64,000 nt of DNA from Macrostomum lignano (Eukaryota). The stretch is taken from NCBI GenBank assembly GCA_002269645.1, contig NIVC01000305.1:310001-374000 (forward strand), given 5' to 3'. Made by a program: the position numbers and the translations under genes. The notes under the pieces were generated by a model. It was given only the letters and a program-made list of their open reading frames with translations. It did no database searches and was not told where the DNA came from. Below are positions 11,740 to 23,502 of this stretch, one piece after another. How positions within the stretch are numbered: the first letter of the stretch is position 1; each line of letters opens with the position of its first letter.

Positions 11740-11945
11740 TAATCTACCAGTGTTCTACACTTTAATCTACTGTTATTCTACAATGTAATCTACCATTATT
11801 CTAAAATGCAATCGGCTATTGTGATTTAACCTTTTTTTACATTGTAGTCTACCATTCTTATCCAATGTAATCTACCATTGTTCTACATTGTAATGAACCA
11901 ATATTCTACATTTAATCCACTACTAATCTACATTGTAATCTACCA
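11740..11945. repeat. Degenerate repeat (TGTAATCTACCATTATTCTAC-like) in CNG intron 4
   Basis: Recurrent motif. Confidence 0.7.
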
Positions 11946-11984
11946 TTTGGCAGCTTATAATCCACCCTCAGCCTCCGATCTCAC

Positions 11985-12616
11985 CCCATCCATCCGCATC
12001 TGGAACTCGGTCCTCGCTGCATTCATATTGGTGATCATGGAACCAACATTTCCAACCACCACTGCGAAGATGAGCACACCAACTAGAAAGTCCACGGTCA
12101 TGAAGGCGTACTCGAAATCTGTCACCGGCCTTGGCACATCGCCAATAGTTGTTAAAATCATAGTGGACCAGAAAAATGAGTAAATGTACTTTCTAGACAG
12201 GTTGTCCCATATGCTTGAGTAGTTGTACGGCTCGGTGTTCGCCAGGGCGATGAAGTTGTCGGGTCTTGGCGGGTATGTCCACGAGTCCCGGCCCAGGCCC
12301 AGCACCAGGCAGATGGAGAAGTAGATGCAACCGTTCCAGTGCACCACCACCAGCAGGATCAGGATGAGGTTGCTGATCCGGAACAGGTTGGGATAATTGG
12401 TTCGAGTCTCGGTTCTATCGATGAACTCCTGCAGTCTGAGGCATTTGATCAGCCGGTTGATTCTGACGTAGGTGCCAACGATGCCGATCTGGGGCACGCA
12501 GTAAAGTACATCGGTGGGGAACAGGCAGGCCAAGTCCAGCTTGAACCCAGCCGACTGCATGTACACCTGGCGGAGGCGGGGTAGGTCTCTGACCAGCAGG
12601 CCCTGCTCGAGGAAGC
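11985..12616 (-). CDS. CNGA: CNG alpha exon 4 (S3-S6 and pore)
   Basis: GFLEQGLLVRD..DLACLFPTD..RINRLIKCLRLQEFIDRTETRTNYPNLFRI..HWNGCIYF..WSTMILTTIGDVPRP..GNVGSMITNMNAARTEFQ.RMDG; canonical splice sites. Confidence 0.95.
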
Positions 12617-12649
12617 CTGGGGTGATAAATGTTTGGGAAATTTGTATTC

Positions 12650-12795
12650 ATTTCAAATTGCATTTGGGATTTCAGATTGCATTTGGGATTTCAGATTGAA
12701 TTTGGGATTTCAGATTGAATTTGGGATTTCTGATTGAATGTGGGATTTCAGATTGCATTTGGGATTTCAGATTACATTGGGATTTCAGATTTCAA
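12650..12795. repeat. 19-bp minisatellite (TTTGGGATTTCAGATTGCA) in CNG intron 3
   Basis: Tandem copies. Confidence 0.9.
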
Positions 12796-12850
12796 AAGGT
12801 GAGCCTTGACAACTCAGCAATTCCCCCCATGAGCGGAGTACATCATGTAC

Positions 12851-13065
12851 CTTTCCTAGAACCGATAAACACGTCCACAGCGTACACGGCATCCGCCGCA
12901 TAGTCTAGCAGGAACCAGGGCCATATCGGATACTCCTCCTGAATCTGTGTGAACGCCGACCTCATCACAATGAATATCAGGTTGTAGCAGGCGGCCACGG
13001 ACAGCACAGCCAGCCAGCGGTAGTAAAACGGCTGCGACACGTCCACCACGAACTCCTTGGCGATG
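12851..13065 (-). CDS. CNGA: CNG alpha exon 3 (S1-S2)
   Basis: YIAKEFVVDVSQPFYYRWL..YNLIFIVMRSAF..WFLLDYAADAVYAVD; acceptor CCGTCAG, donor G|GTACAT; phases 2 and 1 are consistent. Confidence 0.92.
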
Positions 13066-13199
13066 CTGACGGCATGGGGTGGGGGTTGGGCGATGGTACA
13101 AGAGATTCGATGAACAACTTTGGGTATTGGGACAATTTTCAGGCCTTTCTGAAGCTGTTTGTGAAGCTGCAGTTTCCAAATTTACTACAACTGAGTAGC

Positions 13200-13500
13200 T
13201 GAAGCTGAAGCCTCATTCCCTGAAGCCTCATTCCCTGAAGCCCAATACCCTGAAGCCTCATTCCCTGAAGCCTCATTCCCTGAAGCCCAATAAAGCCTCA
13301 TTCTGAAGCCTCATTCCCTGAAGCCTAATTCCCTGAAGCCTCATTCCCTGAAGCCTCATTCCCTGAAGCCTCATTCCCTGAAGCCTCAATTCCCCCTGAA
13401 GCCTCATTCCTTGAAGCCTCATTCCCTGAGGCCTCATTCCCTGAAGCCTCATTCCCTGAGGCCTCATTCCCTAAAGCTTCATTCCCTGAAGCCCTATTCC
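13200..13500. repeat. 15-bp minisatellite (CTGAAGCCTCATTCC) in CNG intron 2
   Basis: Tandem copies. Confidence 0.9.
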
Positions 13501-13502
13501 CT

Positions 13503-13771
13503 CAGTTCTCTCAGCCGCAGACCCTGAAGGTTCAGAGTCTCAGCTCCAGTTCTCTCAGCCGCAGACCCTGAAGGTTCAGAGTCTCAGCTCCAGTTCTTTC
13601 AGCCGCAGACCCTGAAGGTTCAGAGTCTCAGCTCCAGTTCTCTCAGCCGCAGACCCTGAAGGTTCAGAGTCTCAGCTCCAGTTCTCTCAGCCGCAGACCC
13701 TGAAGGTTCAGAGTCTCAGCTCCAGTTCTCTCAGCCGCAGACCCTGAAGGTTCAGAGTCTCAGCTCCAGTT
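13503..13771. repeat. 44-bp minisatellite (TCTCTCAGCCGCAGACCCTGAAGGTTCAGAGTCTCAGCTCCAGT), 6 copies, in CNG intron 2
   Basis: Tandem copies abutting the donor site. Confidence 0.92.
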
Positions 13772-13778
13772 CACTCAC

Positions 13779-14059
13779 TACCGCATCCTCAGCCGGATTC
13801 GCTCGGCCAGTCGCGGTTTTTCCCCGGTTTCCCCGGCAGCTTCGCCTCCCGGATCCGGCATCGCCCCGGCGCCGATGCCCAGCTTCACCAGGAACGAGTC
13901 CCTGCGCTTGTCGTGCTGTCTCTGCCTCTGGCGCTCCTCCTCCTCCTCCGCCTGCTGCTGCTGGCGCTGCTGTTGAAGGTCCTGAGTTCGATTGCTCAAA
14001 CGACGCGAGCCGAGCTCCTCGGCGCTGACCCCGGCCCGGTGGATCCAGCGGTGCAGCGA
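13779..14059 (-). CDS. CNGA: CNG alpha exon 2 (N-terminal cytoplasmic region)
   Basis: Pyrimidine tract plus TTCCAG acceptor; SLHRWIHR..RRDSFL..; donor TA|GTGAGT (phase 2) completes a TAC codon with exon 3. Confidence 0.8.
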
Positions 14060-14314
14060 CTGGAATTGATGAGGCGAGCAAAGACAAGCAGATTCAGCTG
14101 GCTGGTTAAATATACAACTGGAGAGACAGTGGCGGAGTGGGGTGCAGGGTTGAGGTGTTTTTGTTCGTCTCGGTTGATTGTTGAGATCTTTCTTGCACGG
14201 GCAGCTTTTGCTGAGGTAATTAGTCAGGTGATTTGGATTCGTGCTCTTTCCGATGCAGTCGCGTTTTTATGGTAGCAATTAAATAGTTGTGCGGCTCTAG
14301 TTGGGCGCCCATTT

Positions 14315-14760
14315 TTCTGTTGCTAGGAGCCGATTTTATCTGTTGCTAGGGGGCGATTTTATCTGTTGCTAGGGGGGCGATTTTATCTGTTGCTAGGGCA
14401 GCGATTTTATCTGTTGCTAGGGCAGCGATTTTATCTGTTGCTAGGGAGGCGATTTTATCTGTTGCTAAGGGAGCGATTTTATCTGTTGCTAGGGGAGCGA
14501 TTTTATCTGTTGCTAGGGGAGCGATTTTATCTGTTGCTAGGTGAGCGATTTTATCTGTTGCTAGGGGGCGATTTTATCTGTTGCTAAGGGAGCGATTTTA
14601 TCTGTTGCTAGGGGAGCGATTTTATCTGTTGCTAGGGGAGCGATTTTATCTGTTGCTAGGGAGGCGATTTTATCTGTTGCTAGGGGGGCGATTTTATCTG
14701 TTGCTAAGGGAGCCGATTTTATCTGTTGCTAGGGGGCGATTTTATCTGTTGCTAGGGACG
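14315..14760. repeat. 24-25 bp minisatellite (GCGATTTTATCTGTTGCTAGGGGA) in CNG intron 1
   Basis: Tandem copies. Confidence 0.93.
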
Positions 14761-14889
14761 CCGAGTTTATTTGTTTCTAGGGCTTTGGATTTTCCTGTTG
14801 CCAGGACACCATTATGGTGCTACGAAAGCTAATTTGGTTGCTAAGGTCGTTCTGCAGGGTTGCTAAGGGTTCAGGGACACCTCAGGATG

Positions 14890-16483
14890 AGAATACTTCA
14901 GGGTGTGGATACTTCAGGGTGTGGATACTTCAGGGTGTGGATACTTCATGGTGTGGATACTTCAGAGTGTGGATACTTCAGGGTGTGGATACTTCAGAGT
15001 GTGGATACTTCAGGGTGTGGATACTTCAGAGTGTGGATACTTCAGGGTGTGGATACTTCAAAGTGTGGATACTTCAGGGTGTGGATACTTCAGGGTGTGG
15101 ATACTTCAGGGTGTGGATACTTCAGGGTGTGGATACTTCAGGGTGTGGATACTTCAGGGTGTGGATACTTCAGGGTGTGGATACTTCAGGGTGTGGATAC
15201 TTCAGGATGTGGATACTTCAGGGTGTGGATACTTCAGGGTGTGGATACTTCAGGGTGTGGATACTTCAGGGTGTGGATACTTCAGGGTGTGGATACTTCA
15301 GGGTGTGGATACTTCAGGGTGTGGATACTTCAGAGTGTGGATACTTCAGGGTGTGGATACTTCAGGGTGTGGATACTTCAGGGTGTGGATACTTCAGGGT
15401 GTGGATACTTCAGGGTGTGGATACTTCAGGGTGTGGATACTTCAGGGTGTGGATACTTCAGGGTGTGGATACTTCAGGGTGTGGATACTTCAGGGTGTGG
15501 ATACTTCAGGGTGTGGATACTTCAGGGTGTGGATACTTCAGGGTGTGGATACTTCAGGGTGTGGATACTTCAGGGTGTGGATACTTCAGGGTGTGGATAC
15601 TTCAGGGTGTGGATACTTCAGGATGTGGATACTTCAGGGTGTGGATACTTCAGGGTGTGGATACTTCAGGGTGTGGATACTTCAGGGTGTGGATACTTCA
15701 GGGTGTGGATACTTCAGGGTGTGGATACTTCAGGGTGTGGATACTTCAGGGTGTGGATACTTCAGGGTGTGGATACTTCAGGGTGTGGATACTTCAGGGT
15801 GTGGATACTTCAGGGTGTGGATACTTCAGGATGTGGATACTTCAGGGTGTGGATACTTCAGGGTGTGGATACTTCAGGGTGTGGATACTTCAGGGTGTGG
15901 ATACTTCAGGGTGTGGATACTTCAGGGTGTGGATACTTCAGGGTGTGGATACTTCAGGGTGTGGATACTTCAGGGTGTGGATACTTCAGGGTGTGGATAC
16001 TTCAGGGTGTGGATACTTCAGGGTGTGGATACTTCAGGGTGTGGATACTTCAGGGTGTGGATACTTCAGGGTGTGGATACTTCAGGGTGTGGATACTTCA
16101 GGGTGTGGATACTTCAGGGTGTGGATACTTCAGGGTGTGGATACTTCAGGGTGTGGATACTTCAGGGTGTGGATACTTCAGGGTGTGGATACTTCAGGGT
16201 GTGGATACTTCAGGGTGTGGATACTTCAGGGTGTGGATACTTCAGGGTGTGGATACTTCAGGGTGTGGATACTTCAGGGTGTGGATACTTCAGGGTGTGG
16301 ATACTTCAGGGTGTGGATACTTCAGGGTGTGGATACTTCAGGGTGTGGATACTTCAGGGTGTGGATACTTCAGGGTGTGGATACTTCAGGGTGTGGATAC
16401 TTCAGGGTGTGGATACTTCAGAGTGTGGATACTTCAGAGTGTGGATACTTCAGGGTGTGGATACTTCAGAGTGTGGATACTTC
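14890..16483. repeat. Highly homogeneous 16-bp minisatellite (GGATACTTCAGGGTGT), ~100 copies
   Basis: Tandem copies; the 16-aa periodicity of three overlapping ORFs equals 3 x 16 nt. Confidence 0.97.
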
Positions 16484-16978
16484 TGCTTATTTTTTTAGTA
16501 ATTGATAGCACGATCAGTTGCTCTTCCAGAGCATGAAAAGCAGATTGTTCCGGTCAAGCAGAAACCAACAGCTGTAGGAATTCTGAATCCAACGGTAGGC
16601 CCTGGCAGCAGGGTGGGAACTCCGGCAGCTGTTGCCAAAATTACTTCCACAACTTTGCTTCTACATCAAAGCAGCAATTCGGTTGAAAGAAAACACGCAG
16701 TTTCCAAACTGCATGTGTTTCAGAGACAAAAATCTAATACGAAAACGAGTCCCTCAGCCCCTGACCTGCTCCCGCGACTGCAATTCCTGCAACAATTTTT
16801 AATCTTCAAAGCCGAAACAACACCTGAGTCGCTCTCCCTTGCCCCCGCAAACTCGGTGCTCTGCTGCATCTCACGCGAAGCTGAGGCAGCCTTCTGCCCT
16901 TGCCCGGGGCGACAGGCAGACAGGCACACACTCCCCGTCTGTCTTTCCTCCCTTCTATTTTTCCGACTTCTCTGGCCC

Positions 16979-16994
16979 GGTTGCCATGGCAACC
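16979..16994. promoter_or_regulatory. Perfect RFX X-box palindrome GGTTGCCATGGCAACC in a GC-rich island of CNG intron 1
   Basis: Exact match to the canonical RFX dimer site GTTGCCATGGCAAC. Confidence 0.65.
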
Positions 16995-17514
16995 AGTGCT
17001 CGAATAGATCTCCTCGGGGAAGAGCGGAAGGAGGCACGGCGGAGGAGACGGGAGGCAGGTTTTTCAGTTGTCTTCTTAATGAAGCGAGGCGGCACTGCGA
17101 TCGGCGGTGCTCCGGGAGGGAGGCTGCTCGTTAAGAATTAGGATGGAGCAGGACAGGCAGAGCAGCGGGGGGATGAGGCTGCAGCAAAGCGAAGCATTCT
17201 CGAGATCTCGAGGCGCAACCGAAACTGAGAGGGCCGCCGAGAGGGACTTTCTAATTTTAACGGCCCAGGAGAGGGGATGAGACGGAAGGTGAATAAAACC
17301 GAAGGCCTTCACACTGAACTCGAGTTGGGGGGGGGAGACAAAGGCTATTCGAGTAGGCAGGGAAGGAGCAGGGTGTAGAGGCCCTGCAGAGGTTCACCTG
17401 CCGAGTTCATTTTCTCGAATTTCGCTGAGCAGTGTGTTGAGCCATGACAGGCGTGACGGAGGTTGTTGCACGGACAGATACTTTGATGTAGAAGCTGCTG
17501 GCCAAATTGCAGGC

Positions 17515-18830
17515 CGCTTCAGGACAGGAAGATCTACTTCAGGACAGTGAGATCTACCTCAGGACAGTGAGATCTACTTCAGGACAGTGAGATCTACTTC
17601 AGGACAGTGAGATCTACTTCAGGACAGTGAGATCTACTTCAGGACAGTGAGATCTACTTCAGGACAGTGAGATCTACTTCAGGACAGTGAGATCTACTTC
17701 AGGACAGTGAGATCTACATGTACTTCAGGACTTTAAGACAGGGGTATCTACTTTAGGACAGGGGTATCTACTTTAGGACAGGGGTATCTACTTTAGGACA
17801 GGGGTATCTACTTTAGGACAGGGGTATCTACTTTAGGACAGGGGTATCTACTTTAGGACAGGGGTATCTACTTTAGGACAGGGGTATCTACTTTAGGACA
17901 GGGGTATCTACTTTAGGACAGGGGTATCTACTTTAGGACAGGGGTATCTACTTTAGGACAGGGGTATCTACTTGGAAACCGGGAGATCTACTTCAGGACA
18001 GGTAAATCTACTACAGAAAAGTTTAAAATCTACTTCAGGAAAGATAAATCTACTTCAGGACAGGTAAATCTACTTCAGGACAGGTAAATCTACTTCAGGA
18101 CAGGTAAATCTACTTCAGGACAGGTAAATCTACTTCAGGACAGGTAAATCTACTTCAGGATAGGTAAATCTACTTCAGAACAGGTAAATCTACTTCAGGA
18201 CAGGTAAATCTACTTCAGAACAGGTAAATCTACTTCAGGACAGGTAAATCTACTTCAGGATAGGTAAATCTACTTCAGAACAGGTAAATCTACTTCAGGA
18301 CAGGTAAATCTACTTCAGGACAGGTAAATCTACTTCAGAACAGGTAAATCTACTTCAGAACAGGTAAATCTACTTCAGGACAGGTAAATCTACTTCAGAA
18401 CAGCTAAATCTACTTCAGGATAGGTAAATCTACTTCAGGATAGGTAAATCTACTTCAGAACAGGTAAATCTACTTCAGAACAGGTAAATCTACTTCAGAA
18501 CAGGTAAATCTACTTCAGGACAGGTAAATCTACTTCAGGACAGGTAAATCTACTTCAGGACAGGTAAATCTACTTCAGGACAGGTAAATCTACTTCAGGA
18601 CAGGTAAATCTACTTCAGGACAGGTAAATCTACTTCAGAACAGGTAAATCTACTTCAGGACAGGTAAATCTACTTCAGGATAGGTAAATCTACTTCAGAA
18701 CAGGTAAATCTACTTCAGAACAGCTAAATCTACTTCAGGACAGGTAAATCTACTTCAGAACAGCTAAATCTACTTCAGGACAGGTAAATCTACTTAAGGA
18801 CTGGGAGATCTGCTTCAGGGCAGGTAAATC
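17515..18830. repeat. 20-bp minisatellite in three variant blocks (core TCTACTTCAGGACAG)
   Basis: Blocks with TGAGA, GGGTA and GTAAA spacers. Confidence 0.95.
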
Positions 18831-19254
18831 TAGCGATTACAAATAATGATTTCCCAAATCTCTCAATTTTTCTCCGCGGCTAACAGCGAGAAAATAACTC
18901 GCCAAGAAGCCCGAACAAGAACAAACGACTACGCCTTCTCTCGGATGATTGGTTCACCTAATTACCTTCAAAATGGCGCAGCTTGTTATGGGATTAATCG
19001 TATGCGATGCGCTCATTCTGAGTTCGTACTATAGAATACTATTAACATAATTCTATACTGAGTGCGACCTAAAAGAGCCTGCTAAGTCCTGCTAAGTAAG
19101 CTATAGCTCGAAGCTCTGCTGCTCGAATCCTGAGTTCTTTAAAATCATGTGCTGAAGGTAGTGACTTCAGATTCTATAGAGATTCACTTATGTCCTACAC
19201 ATTTATTGTACAAGACACAGTAGAGAGTCACGCTCATGTGAAATAGATTCATTC

Positions 19255-22200
19255 CTGAGCTATGGAGAGTCACTCCTCTGCTATAGAGAGTCACTCCTGT
19301 GCTACTCACTCCTGTGCTATAGAGTCACTCCTGTGCTAGTCACTCCTGTGCTATAGAGTCACTCCTGTGCTAGTCACTCCTGTGCTATAGTCACTCCTGT
19401 GCTATAGAGAGTCACTCCTGTGCTAGTCACTCCTGTGCTAGTCACTCCTGTGCTATAGTCACTCCTGTGCTATAGAGAGTCACTCCTGTGCTATAGAGAG
19501 TCACTCCTGTGCTATAGTCACTCCTGTGCTATAGAGAGTCACTCCTGTGCTATAGAGAGTCACTCCTGTGCTACTCACTCCTGTGCTATAGAGTCACTCC
19601 TGTGCTAGTCACTCCTGTGCTATAGTCACTCCTGTGCTATAGAGAGTCACTCCTGTGCTAGTCACTCCTGTGCTAGTCACTCCTGTGCTATAGTCACTCC
19701 TGTGCTATAGAGAGTCACTCCTGTGCTATAGAGAGTCACTCCTGTGCTATAGTCACTCCTGTGCTATAGAGAGTCACTCCTGTGCTATAGAGAGTCACTC
19801 CTGTGCTATAGAGAGTCACTCCTGTGCTACTCACTCCTGTGCTATAGAGTCACTCCTGTGCTAGTCACTCCTGTGCTATAGTCACTCCTGTGCTATAGAG
19901 AGTCACTCCTGTGCTAGTCACTCCTGTGCTAGTCACTCCTGTGCTATAGTCACTCCTGTGCTATAGAGAGTCACTCCTGTGCTATAGAGAGTCACTCCTG
20001 TGCTATAGAGAGTCACTCCTGTGCTAATCACTCCTGTGCTATAGAGTCACTCCTGTGCTAGTCACTCCTGTGCTAATCACTCCTGTGCTATAGAGTCACT
20101 CCTGTGCTAATCAATCCTGTCCTATAGAGTCACTCCTGTGCTAATCACTTCTGTGCTATAGAGTCACTCCTGTGCTAATCACTCCTGTGCTATAGAGTCA
20201 CTCCTGTGCTTATCACTCCTGTGCTATAGAGTCACTCCTGTGCTAATCACTCCTGTGCTAATCACTCCTGTGCTATAGAGTCACTCCTGTGCTACTCACT
20301 CATGTGCTATAGTCACTCCTGTGCTATAGAGTCACTCCTGTGCTATAGAGTCACTCCTGTGCTAGTCACTCCTGTGCTATAGAGTCACTCCTGTGCTATA
20401 GAGTCACTCCTGTGCTATAGAGTCACTCCTGTGCTATAGAGTCACTCCTGTGCTATAGAGTCACTCCTGTGCTAGTCACTCCTGTGCTATGGAGTCACTC
20501 CTGTGCTATAGAGTCACTCCTGTGCTATAGAGTCACTCCTGTGCTATAGAGTCACTCCTGTGCTACTCACTCCTGTGCTATAGTCACTCTTGTGCTATAG
20601 TCACTCCTGTGCTATAGAGAGTCACTCCTGTGCTATAGAAGCACTCCTGTGCTATAGAGTCACTCCTGTGCTAGTCACACCTGTGCTATAGTCACTCCTG
20701 TGCTATAGAGAGTCACTCCTGTGCTATAGAGTCACTCCTGTGCTAGTCACTCCTGTGCTAGTCACTCCTGTGCTATAGTCACTCCTGTGCTATAGAGTCA
20801 CTCCTGTGGTATAGAGTCACTCCTGTGCTAATCACTCCTGTGCTATAGAGTCGCTCCTGTGCTATAGAGTCACTCCTGTGCTATAGAGTCACTCCTGTGC
20901 TATAGTCACTCCTGTGCTATAGAGAGTCACTCCTGTGCTATAGAGAGTCACTCCTGTGCTATAGTCACTCCTGTGCTATAGAGAGTCACTCCTGTGCTAT
21001 AGAGAGTCACTCCTGTGCTACTCACTCCTGTGCTATAGAGTCACTCCTGTGCTAGTCACTCCTGTGCTATAGTCACTCCTGTGCTATAGAGAGTCACTCC
21101 TGTGCTAGTCACTCCTGTGCTAGTCACTCCTGTGCTATAGTCACTCCTGTGCTATAGAGAGTCACTCCTGTGCTATAGAGAGTCACTCCTGTGCTAATCA
21201 CTCCTGTGCTATAGAGTCACTCCTGTGCTAGTCACTCCTGTGCTAATCACTCCTGTGCTATAGAGTCACTCCTGTGCTAATCAATCCTGTCCTATAGAGT
21301 CACTCCTGTGCTAATCACTCCTGTGCTATAGAGTCACTCCTGTGCTAATCACTCCTGTGCTATAGAGTCACTCCTGTGCTATAGAGTCACTCCTGTGCTA
21401 TAGAGTCACTCCTGTGCTATAGAGTCACTCCTGTGCTATAGAGTCACTCCTGTGCTATAGAGTCACTCCTGTGCTATAGAGTCACTCCTGTGCTATAGAG
21501 TCACTCCTGTGCTAGTCACTCCTGTGCTATGGAGTCACTCCTGTGCTATAGAGTCACTCCTGTGCTATAGAGTCACTCCTGTGCTACTCACTCCTGTGCT
21601 ATAGTCACTCTTGTGCTATAGTCACTCCTGTGCTATAGAGAGTCACTCCTGTGCTATAGAAGCACTCCTGTGCTATAGAGTCACTCCTGTGCTAGTCACA
21701 CCTGTGCTATAGTCACTCCTGTGCTATAGAGAGTCACTCCTGTGCTATAGAGTCACTCCTGTGCTAGTCACTCCTGTGCTAGTCACTCCTGTGCTATAGT
21801 CACTCCTGTGCTATAGAGTCACTCCTGTGGTATAGAGTCACTCCTGTGCTAATCACTCCTGTGCTATAGAGTCGCTCCTGTGCTAATCACTCCTGTGCTA
21901 TAGAGTCACTCCTGTGCTAATCACTCCTGTGCTATAGAGTCACTCCTGTGCTTATCACTCCTGTGCTATAGAGTCACTCCTGTGCTAATCACTCCTGTGC
22001 TAATCACTCCTGTGCTATAGAGTCACTCCTGTGCTACTCACTCATGTGCTATAGTCACTCCTGTGCTATAGAGTCACTCCTGTGCTATAGAGTCACTCCT
22101 GTGCTAGTCACTCCTGTGCTATAGTCACTCCTGTGCTATAGAGTCACTCCTGTGCTATAGAGTCACTCCTGTGCTACTCACTCATGGGCTATAGAGTCAC

Positions 22201-23425
22201 TCCTGTGCTAGTCACTCCTGTGCTATAGTCACTCCTGTGCTATAGAGTCACTCCTGTGCTACTCACTCCTGTGCTATAGAGTCACTCCTGTTCTATAGAG
22301 TCACTCCTGTTCTATAGAGTCACTCCTGTGCTATAGAGGCACTCCTGTGCTACTCACTCCTGTGCTATAGAGTCACTCCTGTGCTAGTCACTCCTGTGCT
22401 ATAGAGTCACTCCTGTGCTATAGAGTCACTCCTATGCTAATCACTCCTGTGCTATAGAGTCACTCCTGTGCTAGTCACTCCTGTGCTATGGAGTCACTCC
22501 TGTGCTATAGAGTCACTCCTGTGCTATAGAGTCACTCCTGTGCTACTCACTCCTGTGCTATAGTCACTCTTGTGCTATAGTCACTCCTGTGCTATAGAGA
22601 GTCACTCCTGTGCTATAGAAGCACTCCTGTGCTATAGAGTCACTCCTGTGCTAGTCACACCTGTGCTATAGTCACTCCTGTGCTATAGAGAGTCACTCCT
22701 GTGCTATAGAGTCACTCCTGTGCTAGTCACTCCTGTGCTAGTCACTCCTGTGCTATAGTCACTCCTGTGCTATAGAGTCACTCCTGTGGTATAGAGTCAC
22801 TCCTGTGCTAATCACTCCTGTGCTATAGAGTCGCTCCTGTGCTAATCACTCCTGTGCTATAGAGTCACTCCTGTGCTAATCACTCCTGTGCTATAGAGTC
22901 ACTCCTGTGCTTATCACTCCTGTGCTATAGAGTCACTCCTGTGCTAATCACTCCTGTGCTAATCACTCCTGTGCTATAGAGTCACTCCTGTGCTACTCAC
23001 TCATGTGCTATAGTCACTCCTGTGCTATAGAGTCACTCCTGTGCTATAGAGTCACTCCTGTGCTAGTCACTCCTGTGCTATAGTCACTCCTGTGCTATAG
23101 AGTCACTCCTGTGCTATAGAGTCACTCCTGTGCTACTCACTCATGGGCTATAGAGTCACTCCTGTGCTAGTCACTCCTGTGCTATAGTCACTCCTGTGCT
23201 ATAGAGTCACTCCTGTGCTACTCACTCCTGTGCTATAGAGTCACTCCTGTTCTATAGAGTCACTCCTGTTCTATAGAGTCACTCCTGTGCTATAGAGGCA
23301 CTCCTGTGCTACTCACTCCTGTGCTATAGAGTCACTCCTGTGCTAGTCACTCCTGTGCTATAGAGTCACTCCTGTGCTATAGAGTCACTCCTATGCTAAT
23401 CACTCCTGTGCTATAGAGTCACTCA
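19255..23425. repeat. Variable-unit minisatellite GTCACTCCTGTGCTA(TA)(GA)n, 15/17/19/21 bp, with ~1-kb higher-order repeats
   Basis: Tandem copies; rare variant units recur at ~960-1020 bp spacing. Confidence 0.95.
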
Positions 23426-23502
23426 TATCCTATATTGATTCGTTTTCTATAAATTCGCCCTACAAACTCCAGAGCCAGACCCGCCCCAGCTGCATCTCTC
23501 AC

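Noticed and set aside
14814-16536. Three ~550-aa plus-strand ORFs (WILQGVDTSGCGYFRV)n
   Set aside because: Translations of a 16-bp tandem repeat in all frames, antisense within a CNG intron
16502-17312. ORFs of 78-210 aa in the intron-1 island
   Set aside because: No recognisable domain, overlapping on both strands, and no phase-compatible splice path to CNG exon 2 could be established
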